DNA from: Cycas panzhihuaensis
Lineage: Eukaryota > Plantae > Cycadophyta
Direction: 5' to 3'
Assembly: GCA_023213395.1 (NCBI GenBank)
Contig: CM041465.1
Span: 98,091,741 to 98,155,740 of the forward strand
DNA: 64,000 bases
The notes below the pieces were generated by a model that made no database searches, had not been told where the DNA came from, and saw only the letters and a program-made list of their open reading frames with translations. Of the stretch, positions 52,517 through 64,000 are shown one piece after another (within the stretch, counting starts at the first letter, position 1; each line of letters begins with the position of its first letter). The translations under genes and the position numbers were made by a program.

Positions 52517-55500
52517 TAATGGATGTTAATGCATCAAGGTCATTAGATTAATTATATAAAGGTGACTTTAGGTTAGTTAAGTCACATAGTTAAATGTAAT
52601 TTTATTTACATTTAAGTATAATTTTGAGATTATATCATTGGATGGGAAACTCCTTTGGAAACCCTAATGCACATCTTCTGATATAAAAGGCTGAATGTGA
52701 AAGAGAGAGTCATAATTCTCACCTCTCATTTTTTCTCTTAATCTTATTCTCTTTATTTTGCTCTTACTCTTATTATGTGCCATTTCTTTAGTATAGTGGA
52801 GTGTGGTAACTAGATCTTTCACCCAACAACTAGTATTAGAGCCTTTGTTAGCCACATTTCCCCACTAGGTTTGCATAGAGCCAATAATGTCTCTCACTCA
52901 TAATTGATGTGAGGTTGAGAACTTTCTTTTGTATTAGAGAGCTTAAAATTATATTAATTTATATGTTGCTATGTTTTCTATATGTGCAAAAGTTTAGAGG
53001 TGAAAAATATAGATTTTTGAAGCCCTTTGATTTCTGAAACAACCCCGAAAGCATTGAATGACTAAAATTTTATGAAAATTTTAACCATCTCAAATTTTGA
53101 TGAAATTTGATGTGTAGGGTCTTCTTGCTAAGAGGATCATTTTTGTCTTCTATTGTAACTTTAGATTCAACCTACAATAACTAGTTTTAGTTGAAACAAA
53201 AGTTTTCTAACAAATGTTGAATTTACCTCTTCAACCCTGCAAAAAATGTTGCGAGAGCATTTCAAGCAAATTTTGGCTAGTTTTAGAGATGGTATAGAAG
53301 GAAAAATTGATGTATGTGTTAATATGAAGCTTTTGACATATTGAAGTTTAGATTCTGAGATAGTAAATCTAGTAAGATTCTGCTTTTGTATTTTTTTTGG
53401 GGAAAATTTTTTTATGTCTTTTCAGAAATTTGACTTCACTTTCTTATCATAAATGACATACTAAACACATTTTTTCTTCCATCATAAATTTAAATTTCAT
53501 CATTTAGGCTTCTATATTTATAATTTTTATAAAATATTACGCATTTATTATTATTTATAAATTTTGTAGAAAAAAAATCATAAAATAGAGCAAAATAGCA
53601 TGCATATAGATTTAGAAAATCCAATATTTTAGTGACAATTTAATATGATTTTTGGACCTTTGTGAATTTTGTATTGAAATTTCTAAAAATATATTTAGAA
53701 ACATTATACTAAAGGAAGGGAAACCTTAGATCAGAAGTAACATCTGGTTCCCCTACTAAATTTAGTATACTCTTTTTATTTCCACACATAGCATAAAGCA
53801 ATACATAAAGTAGCAACAATAACAAAGCAAGCATGGAAGACAAGCAAGCACATTTGGTATCTTTCTATTTTACTTTTCAATTCAAGTTATTTAGAAATAA
53901 CTTGCATTATTTCATAAAAAGAATATCATCTATATGACTTATACCACTAGTTCTTGAGTTGTGAGCATACTTGTCTTGGTTGAAATAGACCATGGTTGGC
54001 CAAAATTTGGGTCCTAAGGGAAGTGTGACTTTCATATTGGGTTTGGTCTTAACTATAATAGTGGTGGAGGGATAGGTTAGCCATACCTATGACCTTTAAT
54101 CAGGGATAATCCTAATAACCACCCAAAAAAATAAAAAACCTTAATTAAGTTTAAAATATACCTAATCCAATATCTGTCATAGCCATGAGATATATACGTA
54201 CTATTTAACTCCTCATAGGAGGTATATAGTTACTCACTAGTGGATTGAGTAAGGACTAGGAGTACCTGGGCTCCATTGTGACTTAGATTTTATCACTAAG
54301 TACAAGTGCGAGTATCATGGGTGAAGGCCCTAATACATATACTAGAAGTCCCCTTAGGCATCAATACCTCAACTACTTTAGACTAGAGATAGAGATTTGG
54401 GTTTGATCATACATCCTATATTAGACTTGGTTTTTTAATTGTATACACCTACATGGAAGCTTCTACATGGGATTAATCTTGATTTTATAATCACATGACA
54501 CATTATTTATCTTTGTGATCCTTATATTACCATTTGTACATATCATTAAACCCTATTATGTCAAGAGTATTTTCCATAAGTGTTGCTTACTACTTAATCA
54601 TATTTCTCTCTATTATGGCAAGTGTATCAACTAGACATGTTAGTGGCATTTTTATTTACTATTTCTTCACTATCTCTTTTACTTTATCATCTTTACTATG
54701 TCTTCTCAATTTAAGTAGAATATAAACTGCATCTTAAAAGGGAAAGATAATTGGGATCTATGGTATACTAGAGTCAAGAATGCTACTAAGTATGTAGGCC
54801 TTTAAAGAGCCCATCTACAGCTTATACCTATCATTCTTATGACAATAACGACACCTGCCTTTGAGGGAATGCCACATATAGCTCCGATAGATCCTGCAAC
54901 TAAATTACAATGGGAAATCGATAATGAAAATATTTGTGTAGGTATTCTATTAGTGATTAATCATTCCCTGCACAATTTAATGGATGAAGAATAACACGAT
55001 ACTACCTAGAAAGTCTTTAAGGTTCTTAAAAATAATTTTGATGCAAAATCTTACCTTGCATTTGTTCATCTAGACTTAAAGATGAATAAGATGAAGATGC
55101 AAAAGGGATGTGCACATGAAATAATCAACCTCCTTCAACCAATCAAATAAGTAATAGATAAAGATTTTAAGACTCAATGTATTATATGGGCATTCCTCAT
55201 ATAGTCCTATCTATATATACCTAATTATAAGAACTTGCTTAGGAGTTTTCAATCAAGTGGAATGTTGAAGACACTTAACTTCGAAGCTCTTGCAGAGAAG
55301 TTTATAAAATTTGATAAGATCTTTGATACTAATATTGTAACTTCAGATCCTCTTCTAAATGCAACTTTTGACATGGAATAAGAAATATGCTTCTCAAAGA
55401 ATCAGGGTCCCTCTCATGGTAGACGAAATAACTAAGTAAGGAATAGAGGATGAGGAAAAGGAAATCAGCCACAAGATCAATATAACCTTTAATAATAGCA

Positions 55501-58500
55501 GCCTAAATAGTCTTAAGGCCAAGTACCACCTTTTAATGTAAGACAATTAGGCTAAACCAGTACTTTAGAAACTAGAAATTAGATTATCATGTGTGAAAGG
55601 TGTAATAGGAAAGGACACCTTATAAAGGATTATCGTATATCTGCATACAAGTTGCCTAAGTTTCAACAAAAATACAAGGCTCACAATGTTAATAAAACAT
55701 ATGAAGAATAGTTTGGTGGTATAAGCTTTAGTCAAGCACATATTCAAAGACTTGAGGAAAGAACCATTGATCAAACTAAGAGGTATTTTAAAGCTCATTA
55801 TGGCTATGCCACTTGTGATCTTGAATCACCAATGCAAAATCCCTCTTGGAGTTGTAAATAGTATAACTTCAAATGCCTCCTCATGGATAATGGATACAGG
55901 AGCGGCATAGCCTATGACCTGCAATCAAGATCTATATCAAACTTTTGATTCTAATGTATATGGTATCATTCACATGGCTGATGAATCCCAATAACCAATC
56001 AAAGGTATTAAAAACATACATGTGAAACTCCCAGGTTTGAGAGATTTTACATTATTTGATGTCCTATATATTTCTAATTTGAAATAAAACCTACTATCTT
56101 TATCCACTCTTATCTCCTGCGGATTTAATCTTAGTGTTAATGTAAATGACCAAACTCTCTAGGTTATTCACCCTTTAATAAATTGAGTGGTCTTGAATGG
56201 AAAGTCTATTGGCAAATTATTTAAGTTGAATAACTCCCCATTTTCTGAACCCAATTATACTCAAAGCCCTTGTGTTGATGAAGACTTTACTTTTAATACC
56301 ACTTTGACACACCATAAGCTATCCCTAGAAGCTCTTTAGCATGCTCACATGGGCCATGTTCATATTAATCGACTTAGAGATATTTATCAGACCCTTCCAG
56401 GTCTACCCGAGTTCTCCTCTAAGTCCTTTAAATGTGAAGCATGTATCATAGCCAAATCTTATAAATAGCCTTTTATTAATAGTTAGTGAAATCCAGTCAT
56501 CCTCTTTAATTGGTACACTCTGATCTATGCAAACTAATGGCCATTCCATCATTCAAGCAAAAATTATATTACATATCCTTTATTGATGATTTTATTAGGA
56601 AAGTGTGGGTGGATTTTTTGACTAGAAAAGATGAGGCATTTAGTGTCTTTAAATCTTTTAAAGCTCGCACTAAAAAGAAGTCAAGTTATCAAATAAAGTG
56701 TCTCTGAATAGATAATAGTGGAGAATATACCTCTATTGAGTTTGAAAACTATCTACAAGAAAATGACATCAAGTATCATACTATAATAGTAGGCACCCCC
56801 TAATAGAATGGAGTTGTTGAGCACATGAACAAGTCTATTATGAATATAGCTTAATCTATGTTAGTTTATAAAAATGTACTTGCTTACTTATGGGTAGAAG
56901 TAATTTAGATAACTAGTTATTGCATGAATTCTGTTAGCCCATCTAAAGGAGGAACTTCTTCTAATGAAAGGTGGACTAGACAAGCCCCACTACCTACCAC
57001 TTAAAAATATTTAGCTCAATATATTATGCCCATATACTAGATAGAGATAGAAATAAACTCCAACCTAGGTCACTTATAAGCATCTTTGTTGGATACCCTA
57101 TGGATAAGAAAGGATACAAGGTTTTTATACCTTCATAGTGGAAGATTATTATAACTAGAGACACGATGTTTACTAAAATAGGGAATCAATTATTACAATT
57201 AGACTCTAAAATACCAAACTGGCATTATTATGATACTACTCAATATGATGTATAGATTCTAAAATTTGGGGGGGGGAGACATTCAAGAGTTACTTAAACT
57301 ATTAGAATTTGATAATAGAGCCATAAAGGATAGCAGTTATGACTCTCAACCAATGAGTATATATCATGCACCACTATTCGAGAATAATAGAGTTGACAAA
57401 AGAAAAGCAATGGTAGATAGACCATGCTTTCCAGATGCATCAACATCCTCCTTAACAAATATGTAAAATGATCCTTTTGAGGATCCAAACGAAGACTATG
57501 TAGTTGGAGAAATAAATACCTCATTCCCAACTTGAGGTTCTCGTAAAGCCCACCAACTAAATAAGGATATACAACCTAATGAGGTAGGCAAAATTAACAC
57601 TCAAAGTGCCTACAGAGCCAAGATGTAGGAATCACTTTTCATTGAGTTAGAACCAACAGAACTACATCTTGGTCTTGATGAAAAGCCCCTCTTATACCAA
57701 GAAGCTGTAAAACATATAGCTTAGAGGAATTCCATGAATGAAGAGTATTAATCTCTTATAAAATATGGTACATGAGAGCTCATTGAACTACCACTTGGAA
57801 GAAAGGTAGCTCAAAATAAATAGGTATACATAAATAAATACAGATTTGATGGCACCCTTAAAAAACATAAGGTGAGATTGGTAGCAAAGGGATTCACATA
57901 AAGGGAAGGCATTGGCTACACTGAAGTCTTTAGACCTATAACTAAGTGGCCCACAATCAGAACTCTTATGGCCTTGGCAACTCAATAGGGCTAAAAGATT
58001 CACTAGGCTGATGTAAAAATTGCATTTCTCAATGATGATCATGAAGAAGGAATCTACATGGATCAGCCTAAAGGATTTGAGATTGCTAGTCTAGAGCATA
58101 AGGTGTACATGCTCAAAAAGTCCTTGTATAGCCTTAAACAAGTCTCTTGTGCTTGGTTCACCAAGTTGTTAGAAAGAATGAGGTAACTTGAATATGAGGT
58201 TTGTGACTACCATGATATAGATATAACACAGTTTATCAAACACCAAAAATATAAAGTCACTTATCTCTTAATATTTATGGATGATATGCTTATAACAAGA
58301 ACAATGAATAGGCAATCAGTCAGCTAAAGAAGGACTTAGCTAAAATGTTTAAATTATATGATATTAGGTTGATGAAATACTACTTAGGGATTAAAGTCAT
58401 TTATAAAGATGAAAAAATATTTCTTTCTCAAGAAAAGTACATCAACAATCTTCTAATAAAGTTTTAGTTAGAAGATGCTCGAATTATAGCCACTCTAATA

Positions 58501-59960
58501 GAACCTAATATTAAAATGATAGTTGATGGCAATGATTGAGAGGTATACACAATACTTTACAAGTATCTTGTAGGTAGTCTCATCTATACTACTAATACAA
58601 GACCTAATGTTACACACTCTATCGACATTCTTACCTGTTATATGATAAATCCTAAGCAGAATCACTGATAGGTAGCAGTGTGAGTGTTAAGGTACCTTAA
58701 GATGACCAACAAATATGGTCTACTATATGAACCTAATTTAGAGTTCAAACTATATATATACATAGACTCAGACTTTACTAGAGATAAAGACATAAGGAGA
58801 TCCATGTCCAAGTATGTAAAGTTTCTTGGAACAACACTAATATTATGGAGATCTAGATGGTAGAAGATAATTGTTGATTCAACTACTAAAACTAAATAAA
58901 TTACTACTTCTGAGACTAACAAGGAAGTGATATGGCTTAGGAAGTTATTAGAAACATTAAATATTACCCAAACAAGTCCTAATAACCTTCGTGTGGGTAA
59001 TCAATCAATAATCCACATGGTAAAAATTCCTATATTTAACGATCATACTAAATACATAAGTATGAAAATCCATAGGATTTGAGAACTAGTTCATGATAGT
59101 ATAATTTAACTAGAGTACTACCCCACAACAGATCAAGTGATTGATATCTTTACCAAACCATTGCAAAAGGTGAAGTTTAAATAGTTCTATGGGTAGCTCG
59201 ACCTTTGGGCCTCCATCTCCAACTAATTATAGGAGATGATAATAGGATCGTCATACTCTATTCCATTTGTGAAAACCCCTTATAGGCACAAAAGAATAAG
59301 AGTAAGTCTCCACTCTATCCTATTTATGAAAATACTTTGTGGGCATAGAAGGATAAGGGTTGTTCTAGTCTTGAAAAATTGAAACCTATTAAAACCTGAA
59401 AGGGCATGGGGGATGACCAAATGATATATGGAGACTTAGTAGATCAAGTTGCACATTTAAGCTACTTGGCTATTAGGCTACATCAAGAGCCACCTTAACC
59501 ATTTTGATTTAAGAGGCTATTGATTTTAAATCGTGTGGGTTTTTATTGCCCATGAGGATTTTCCCTCAAAAGTGTTAATGTAATAATGAGGCTTAAATGA
59601 AGACCTCATAGAATAGATTTTATCATAATGACCTTTTACCATTAAGGGGGGGATTAATAGATGTTAATACATCAAGGTTATTAAATTAATTATATGGAGG
59701 TGACTTTAGGTTAGCTAAGTCACATAATTAAATGTAATTTCATTTATATTTAAGTGTAATTTTAGGATTATGTCATTAGGCAGGAAACTCCTTTAGAAAC
59801 TCTAATGTACATTCTCTGATATATAAGGTTAAATATGAAAGGGAGAGTCATAATTCTCACCTCTCATTTTTGCTCTTAATCTTGTTCTCTTCATTTTGCT
59901 CTTATTATGTGCCATTGCTTTAGTGTAGTAGAGTGTGGCAACTAGATCCTTCACCCAATA
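52517..59960 (+). mobile_element. Full-length decayed Ty1/Copia element 'D' (same family as C)
   Basis: LTRs at 52517-52828 and 59655-59960; TSD attac at 52512-52516 and 59961-59965; PBS tagtattagagc at 52831-52842; PPT at 59644-59654; internal region colinear with the reverse complement of C. Confidence 0.95.
54698..59184 (+). pseudogene. Copia gag-pol of element D with many stops
   Basis: WIMDTGAA, VHSDLC...SFIDDFIRKVWV, DNSGEY, RLVAKGF, FMDDML, YIDSDF, IDIFTKPL. Confidence 0.95.
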
Positions 59961-60752
59961 ATTACTAGATGATTAGGGGGTGTTACCCTTAGTTTAATCT
60001 CTTAGGAAAACTATGTGGAAGGTGTACGAACTAAGTAAGATGATGGCTCAGTGACTAGGTTAATCCTAATAGGCCAATGGTTATAGGAGACCTAAGCAAT
60101 TACGAGTAAGGGTATCAACTAGTTAAGGTATATCATAACAATAAGCCAAGATGGACAACGTGGCCCGAAGTGGGGCTCAGAAGCCCCAAGCCTTAGATAT
60201 ATAAAGGGATGCATTAAATATTAAAGGAGAGACTTAATGGGCAAGATGGAATGCCATAATTTAATCTTGTTAATGGTCATGTTTTGGATGAAGAGTTATT
60301 TAGGATCATCTTAGAGCCAAATTTTTAGTTTGTCTGGTGTTTTATATTTTTCTTATGTTTTGTAGTTTTATATTATTTTTAAGTTTTTGAGTGTTTTATA
60401 AGTTTTTTTTTTTTTTTTTTTGAGGTTTTTATTTTTTAGATTTTTGGTGGCTTTATATTATTTTTGCAGGTTTACAATTAGATTTTATATGAAAAAGAAA
60501 TGGGTAAGTAATGAAGTAACTAGATAATAATAAAAGAGACAAGGTCATAGGCATTAAAGAGTAGTGTACCTTAGGAGGGACATAACCTACTCAAATATAT
60601 ACAAATGCATAAGGTAGTTTGCCTTTATTTTGAAGCATAAGTGGTAGTTTAGGCTCTTACTAGAGTATAAGGGAAGTTGGTAGCTTAGCTAAGCTTCTAA
60701 GATGGGCTAAGAGTACTTGGGGTTATCACCATAGTTTAACATGTTTAGTGAG

Positions 60753-63449
60753 TGCTGCTTCCGGCTCAGGAATGGATACGTAATCAACGGCCAGGTAAGT
60801 GCAGGTATGTTTCTCACCTTATCATCACTTTCTTTTGATGAGTGTTTGCTTACATGTCTATATATTTGTGGCTTTGTAGACGACTTTATCTTTGTCTACA
60901 CTTATTTTAGCCTATGACGACTATAGTAGGGGCACACTCCCAGCAAGTGTAGCACCCTGGTGGCCACTCCACTTCCCACATTTTGCCCTCCTTGCTCCAA
61001 GAACCACTTGACTCGCGCCACCTCTGCCCGTGTGATAACCCGTCATTGTTTGATTGACTTGCCACACCGTTTGAGCCCTATATTTCTCTTTTGGACCCAT
61101 TTGTTAGCTTGTTTACCCCCGTGTAGGTGTCTCAGCCCCCTATTGGCCCTTTTTGTCATCGCCTCAACCTGGGTAGGCTGGCTGGGCCTATTTTTCCCTC
61201 CGGGCTAATACCGCCAAGATTTTCGTGGTACCGCTGGAAAGTCCGTGGTACCATAGATTTTGCGGCAGTGTGACTGTTCTAATTTATTTTTTAAAATCCA
61301 CCGTGGCAATTTTGCATTTATTGCGAAACTGCCATGTGTCTCGTAACTTAACTCGTTGCCAGCTGCACCCTAATCACTCGCTTTAGGGTTTGGGTTAGGT
61401 ACTTAAGTCATGATCTACTCATTTTTTAGAACTTTTGGCTCACTTTTTGGATTGCTCCTCAAGGAAACCACGCAGTGCTTTGCTATTCTTTGCTGTCTTG
61501 CTACTGCTACTAGGACCTGCGTCTCTCCTCCAGTGCCTAGCTCTCTTTCAGTGTGGCTAGGACATCTTCCCAGCCCCTCACACACCTTGGAGAGGGCTCC
61601 TTAGAGAGATTTCAGTGGATTCTTACCCCATGTAGCCATCAAGCGTTCTAAGTGCAGGTGTTCTTCCTCCAACTTCATTAGCAGGGTCCCAAACTTGCTA
61701 CACCATGATTTCTGGCCTGATTTCTCAGCCTCTCCTTACTAGCCCTTGGCTGAGGCAAGCACCTCTCCTCTTCCTCTCAGGTATTCGTTGATTTGAGTTA
61801 TTTTTCTTATGCAATTGATGCCCTATCTTGCTTGTCCATTTGCTTGTCTTTGTGAGGGTTGTTTTCCTCTTTATATTGGACTATTTTACCCCTGTTATAG
61901 TGCCTCCTTGCCTGTGTTTATTGCTCAAGGTAGCGGCATAGAGGGTTGACATAGGGTTTGGGAGAAAGCTGGGTGGATTCTACACCACCTTCCATGCTCC
62001 TCAAGTAGCTTTAAGCGCCCCAAACCTTCTCTCTTACCTCGTGCTATCCTTGGCACTCAAACAAGGGTTTGTTGGCCCTTCCTTAGCCACTGAAATTAGC
62101 GCTGTCATATATTACAGCGCTGGTTTGAGGGCTTAGGCTTAGGTCTGGGCGACTCACATAAGTCCTGACCGCTTGTTCTTTGCCCAACTCTTTTCTCGGC
62201 AGCCCGGTTTGCTCTTCATAGAACCCCGGCTTACCATAGGTCTTCTTTGGCTCTTCTTAACTCCCTTGCTACCGTTTCTAGCCATCCTTCTTAGCCTTGC
62301 CCTCACTACCTTGTGGCTTTTGGGGGAGGTGGGCCACTCTGAGGCTTACCCGTTACTTTCCTTTTGCTTTGGTTGTCCTCCTTTACATATTATCATCATT
62401 GTGTTGATGCTAATACGTACATGTTTAAGCTTATATTTATATTACATAGACATGTATTGTTAGGATCTTGTCATTACATGCTAGTACCCTTTCTCTGGAA
62501 AGGGGGAGGTTACCGTTTGCTTACAAGTACTTGGAGAGCGCAAAGGGTCTTTTCATTCCGTCCACCCAGGTAAGTGCTCCTATGCATGTTGTACTTTCAT
62601 ACTTCATTTATTACTAGTGTTTGGTCTCTTTCTTTCCTTGGTTTTGTACTTTAGTATTTTTTCTGGGGAAGGTAAGAGAGCCCCTCGATCCAACCTGCTG
62701 TGACGCTTCACAACCGCCGCGCCTTATGGAGTAGTTTTGGTGTCCCTTGGGAGTGCCATCGTCACAACACGCTTCCAATCTGGGTACACGCTTCGCTCCA
62801 CTCTACCACTCTTTCCTTTTGAATTTCTTTTACATAAGTAGTAATCAACTTACTGGAAATCAAAAGGGGAACTTAACTTTGCTTTTGGTTCATGCTTTAT
62901 TTATTTCATCGTATGCATCTTCTCTACCCATAGGAAAAGGTCCTAGGAATCACTCCTTTTCACCTTTCCTCTCCCTTTGCCGTGCAAGCTTCCTGCTCTC
63001 TTTATTACTTGTGTATTTGGCTAGTTTGCTTAGGCATACCTTGATCCACTTTCTTGGGTCATCCCTCTTACTTTCCTTTAGTTCCCCGCTTCACTGGATA
63101 ACCAAAGTGACCCTATCCATAGGCCAGCTGCTTGCCTATCTTTCCTTATTTCTCGTTACTCTAGGGGAACCCTCGAAGGCTCCTTTTCGTCCCCTTTTGG
63201 CCATCCAAGGGTGGGAGGATCCTTCCCTTAGGTCAACCCAGGCTAACCCTATGCCTCCTCACCTCTTGCTCGAAGTGGGGGGATCACCTTTGGTAGCTAT
63301 ATTCCATTGTAGGTCCTGAACTCATGCTCCAGCATACGGGGTGTCCTACGTTGTAATTACCCTACTTATAGGTCTCTTTCTCAATCATATTATCACCCGC
63401 TCTTACCATACCTATCTGGTTAGGTAGCTATCCTGTAGACGCACATCCA
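60753..63449 (+). repeat. 5' LTR of X-right
   Basis: TGCTGC...TCCA termini, 2697 bp. Confidence 0.88.
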
Positions 63450-63450
63450 C

Positions 63451-63468
63451 TGGTGACCATACTAGGGA
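63451..63468 (+). other. PBS, tRNA-Arg type
   Basis: TGGTGACCATACTAGGGA lies 1 nt after CA. Confidence 0.8.
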
Positions 63469-63622
63469 CTGCTAGTAAAGGAGCTAGTTTTCGCTCTCTT
63501 CTATTGGTTTTGCTACCTTTTTGTGATCCTTTTCACCTATTTCGATCTCTTCATTGGGAAGCCCCCAACACGTCTGCCGTTACTGCCCTTTCTTTTTCCC
63601 TAACATTGCTGGTTGACCTTGC

Positions 63623-64000
63623 ATGCGATGCTTTTCCCGTCGCTTGTGCGGTCTACCTCCATTGTTAGAAGACCCCGAGTATCACCCACTTCCTTTGTCA
63701 GATTCTGATTTGACTATGGAAGGATACTCTTCTGATTGGGCCTACCACACCTCAACCTTAGAAACCCATGTTTTTCCTTCCTCTATTCCTAGGTCCACCC
63801 AAGAGGGTGATGAACCCCTTTATTACCCAAGTGACCAACATCACTCGCTCGATGTCCATCCCTCTACCCATGCCATAGAAGGATCCGCTCCTCTTAAGAC
63901 TTACCACTTAATCAGTGACTCTCATGAGGAGAATCCTAAGGGACCTACCTCGTTCGAGGTCCCAACTACCTCTTACGAGTATGTAGGAACCCCTCCTATT
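63623..64000 (+). CDS. Partial ORF (126 codons, no stop in window), homologous to 1-750(-)
   Basis: MRCFSRRLCGLPPLLEDPEYHPLPLSDSDLTMEGYSSDW...YEYVGTPPI. Confidence 0.7.
   Translation, partial: MRCFSRRLCGLPPLLEDPEYHPLPLSDSDLTMEGYSSDWAYHTSTLETHVFPSSIPRSTQEGDEPLYYPSDQHHSLDVHPSTHAIEGSAPLKTYHLISDSHEENPKGPTSFEVPTTSYEYVGTPPI

Larger units (their letters stand above)
60753..64000 (+). mobile_element. Gypsy Tat/Ogre-like element 'X-right': 5' LTR, PBS and start of gag; runs off the right edge
   Basis: Inverted homologue of 380-3622; it abruptly interrupts the G 3'UTR at 60752/60753. Confidence 0.9.

Noticed and set aside
40-63668. Short ORFs in the supplied track as host genes, including the 148-aa ORF at 946-1392 and the 190-aa ORF at 62747-63319
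   Set aside because: They are stop-bounded fragments of TE polyproteins or chance frames. The two named ORFs resemble each other only because they lie in homologous LTRs, and their ends are not conserved.
1-64000. One giant inverted segmental duplication, or a single element bounded by the terminal inverted X repeats
   Set aside because: Homology stops exactly at the LTR TG termini (3622 and 60753), each X copy has its own outward-facing PBS, and C and D have different TSDs and hosts.

Overview
This 64-kb window is gene-free, AT-rich, nested LTR-retrotransposon DNA from a large-genome land plant. The gag, pol and LINE remnants look gymnosperm-like, but that is an inference. I found no host genes, RNA genes or CRISPR arrays. 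Four complete but decayed Copia-type elements have LTR pairs, PBS, PPT and TSD: A 6050-13076, B 6439-10502 nested in A, C 24672-32273 and D 52517-59960, with C and D from the same family. There is a decayed chromovirus-type Gypsy gag-pol at about 17.6-20.95 kb. Seven related Gypsy LTRs share a Tat/Ogre-like architecture: X-left, I, H, E, F, G and X-right. The two X copies point out of the window, and each keeps an open ORF that the ORF track missed. The most notable patterns are an exactly 20-bp-phased palindromic GTAC array and a position-fixed splice-donor-like AGGTAAG, both shared by the seven LTRs; a repeated 3'UTR motif at which later elements inserted; different archaeal-type RNase H (aRH) architecture between related Tat elements; a gag-only non-autonomous element; and strongly CpA-biased C-to-T decay. 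All alignments and counts were done by eye.
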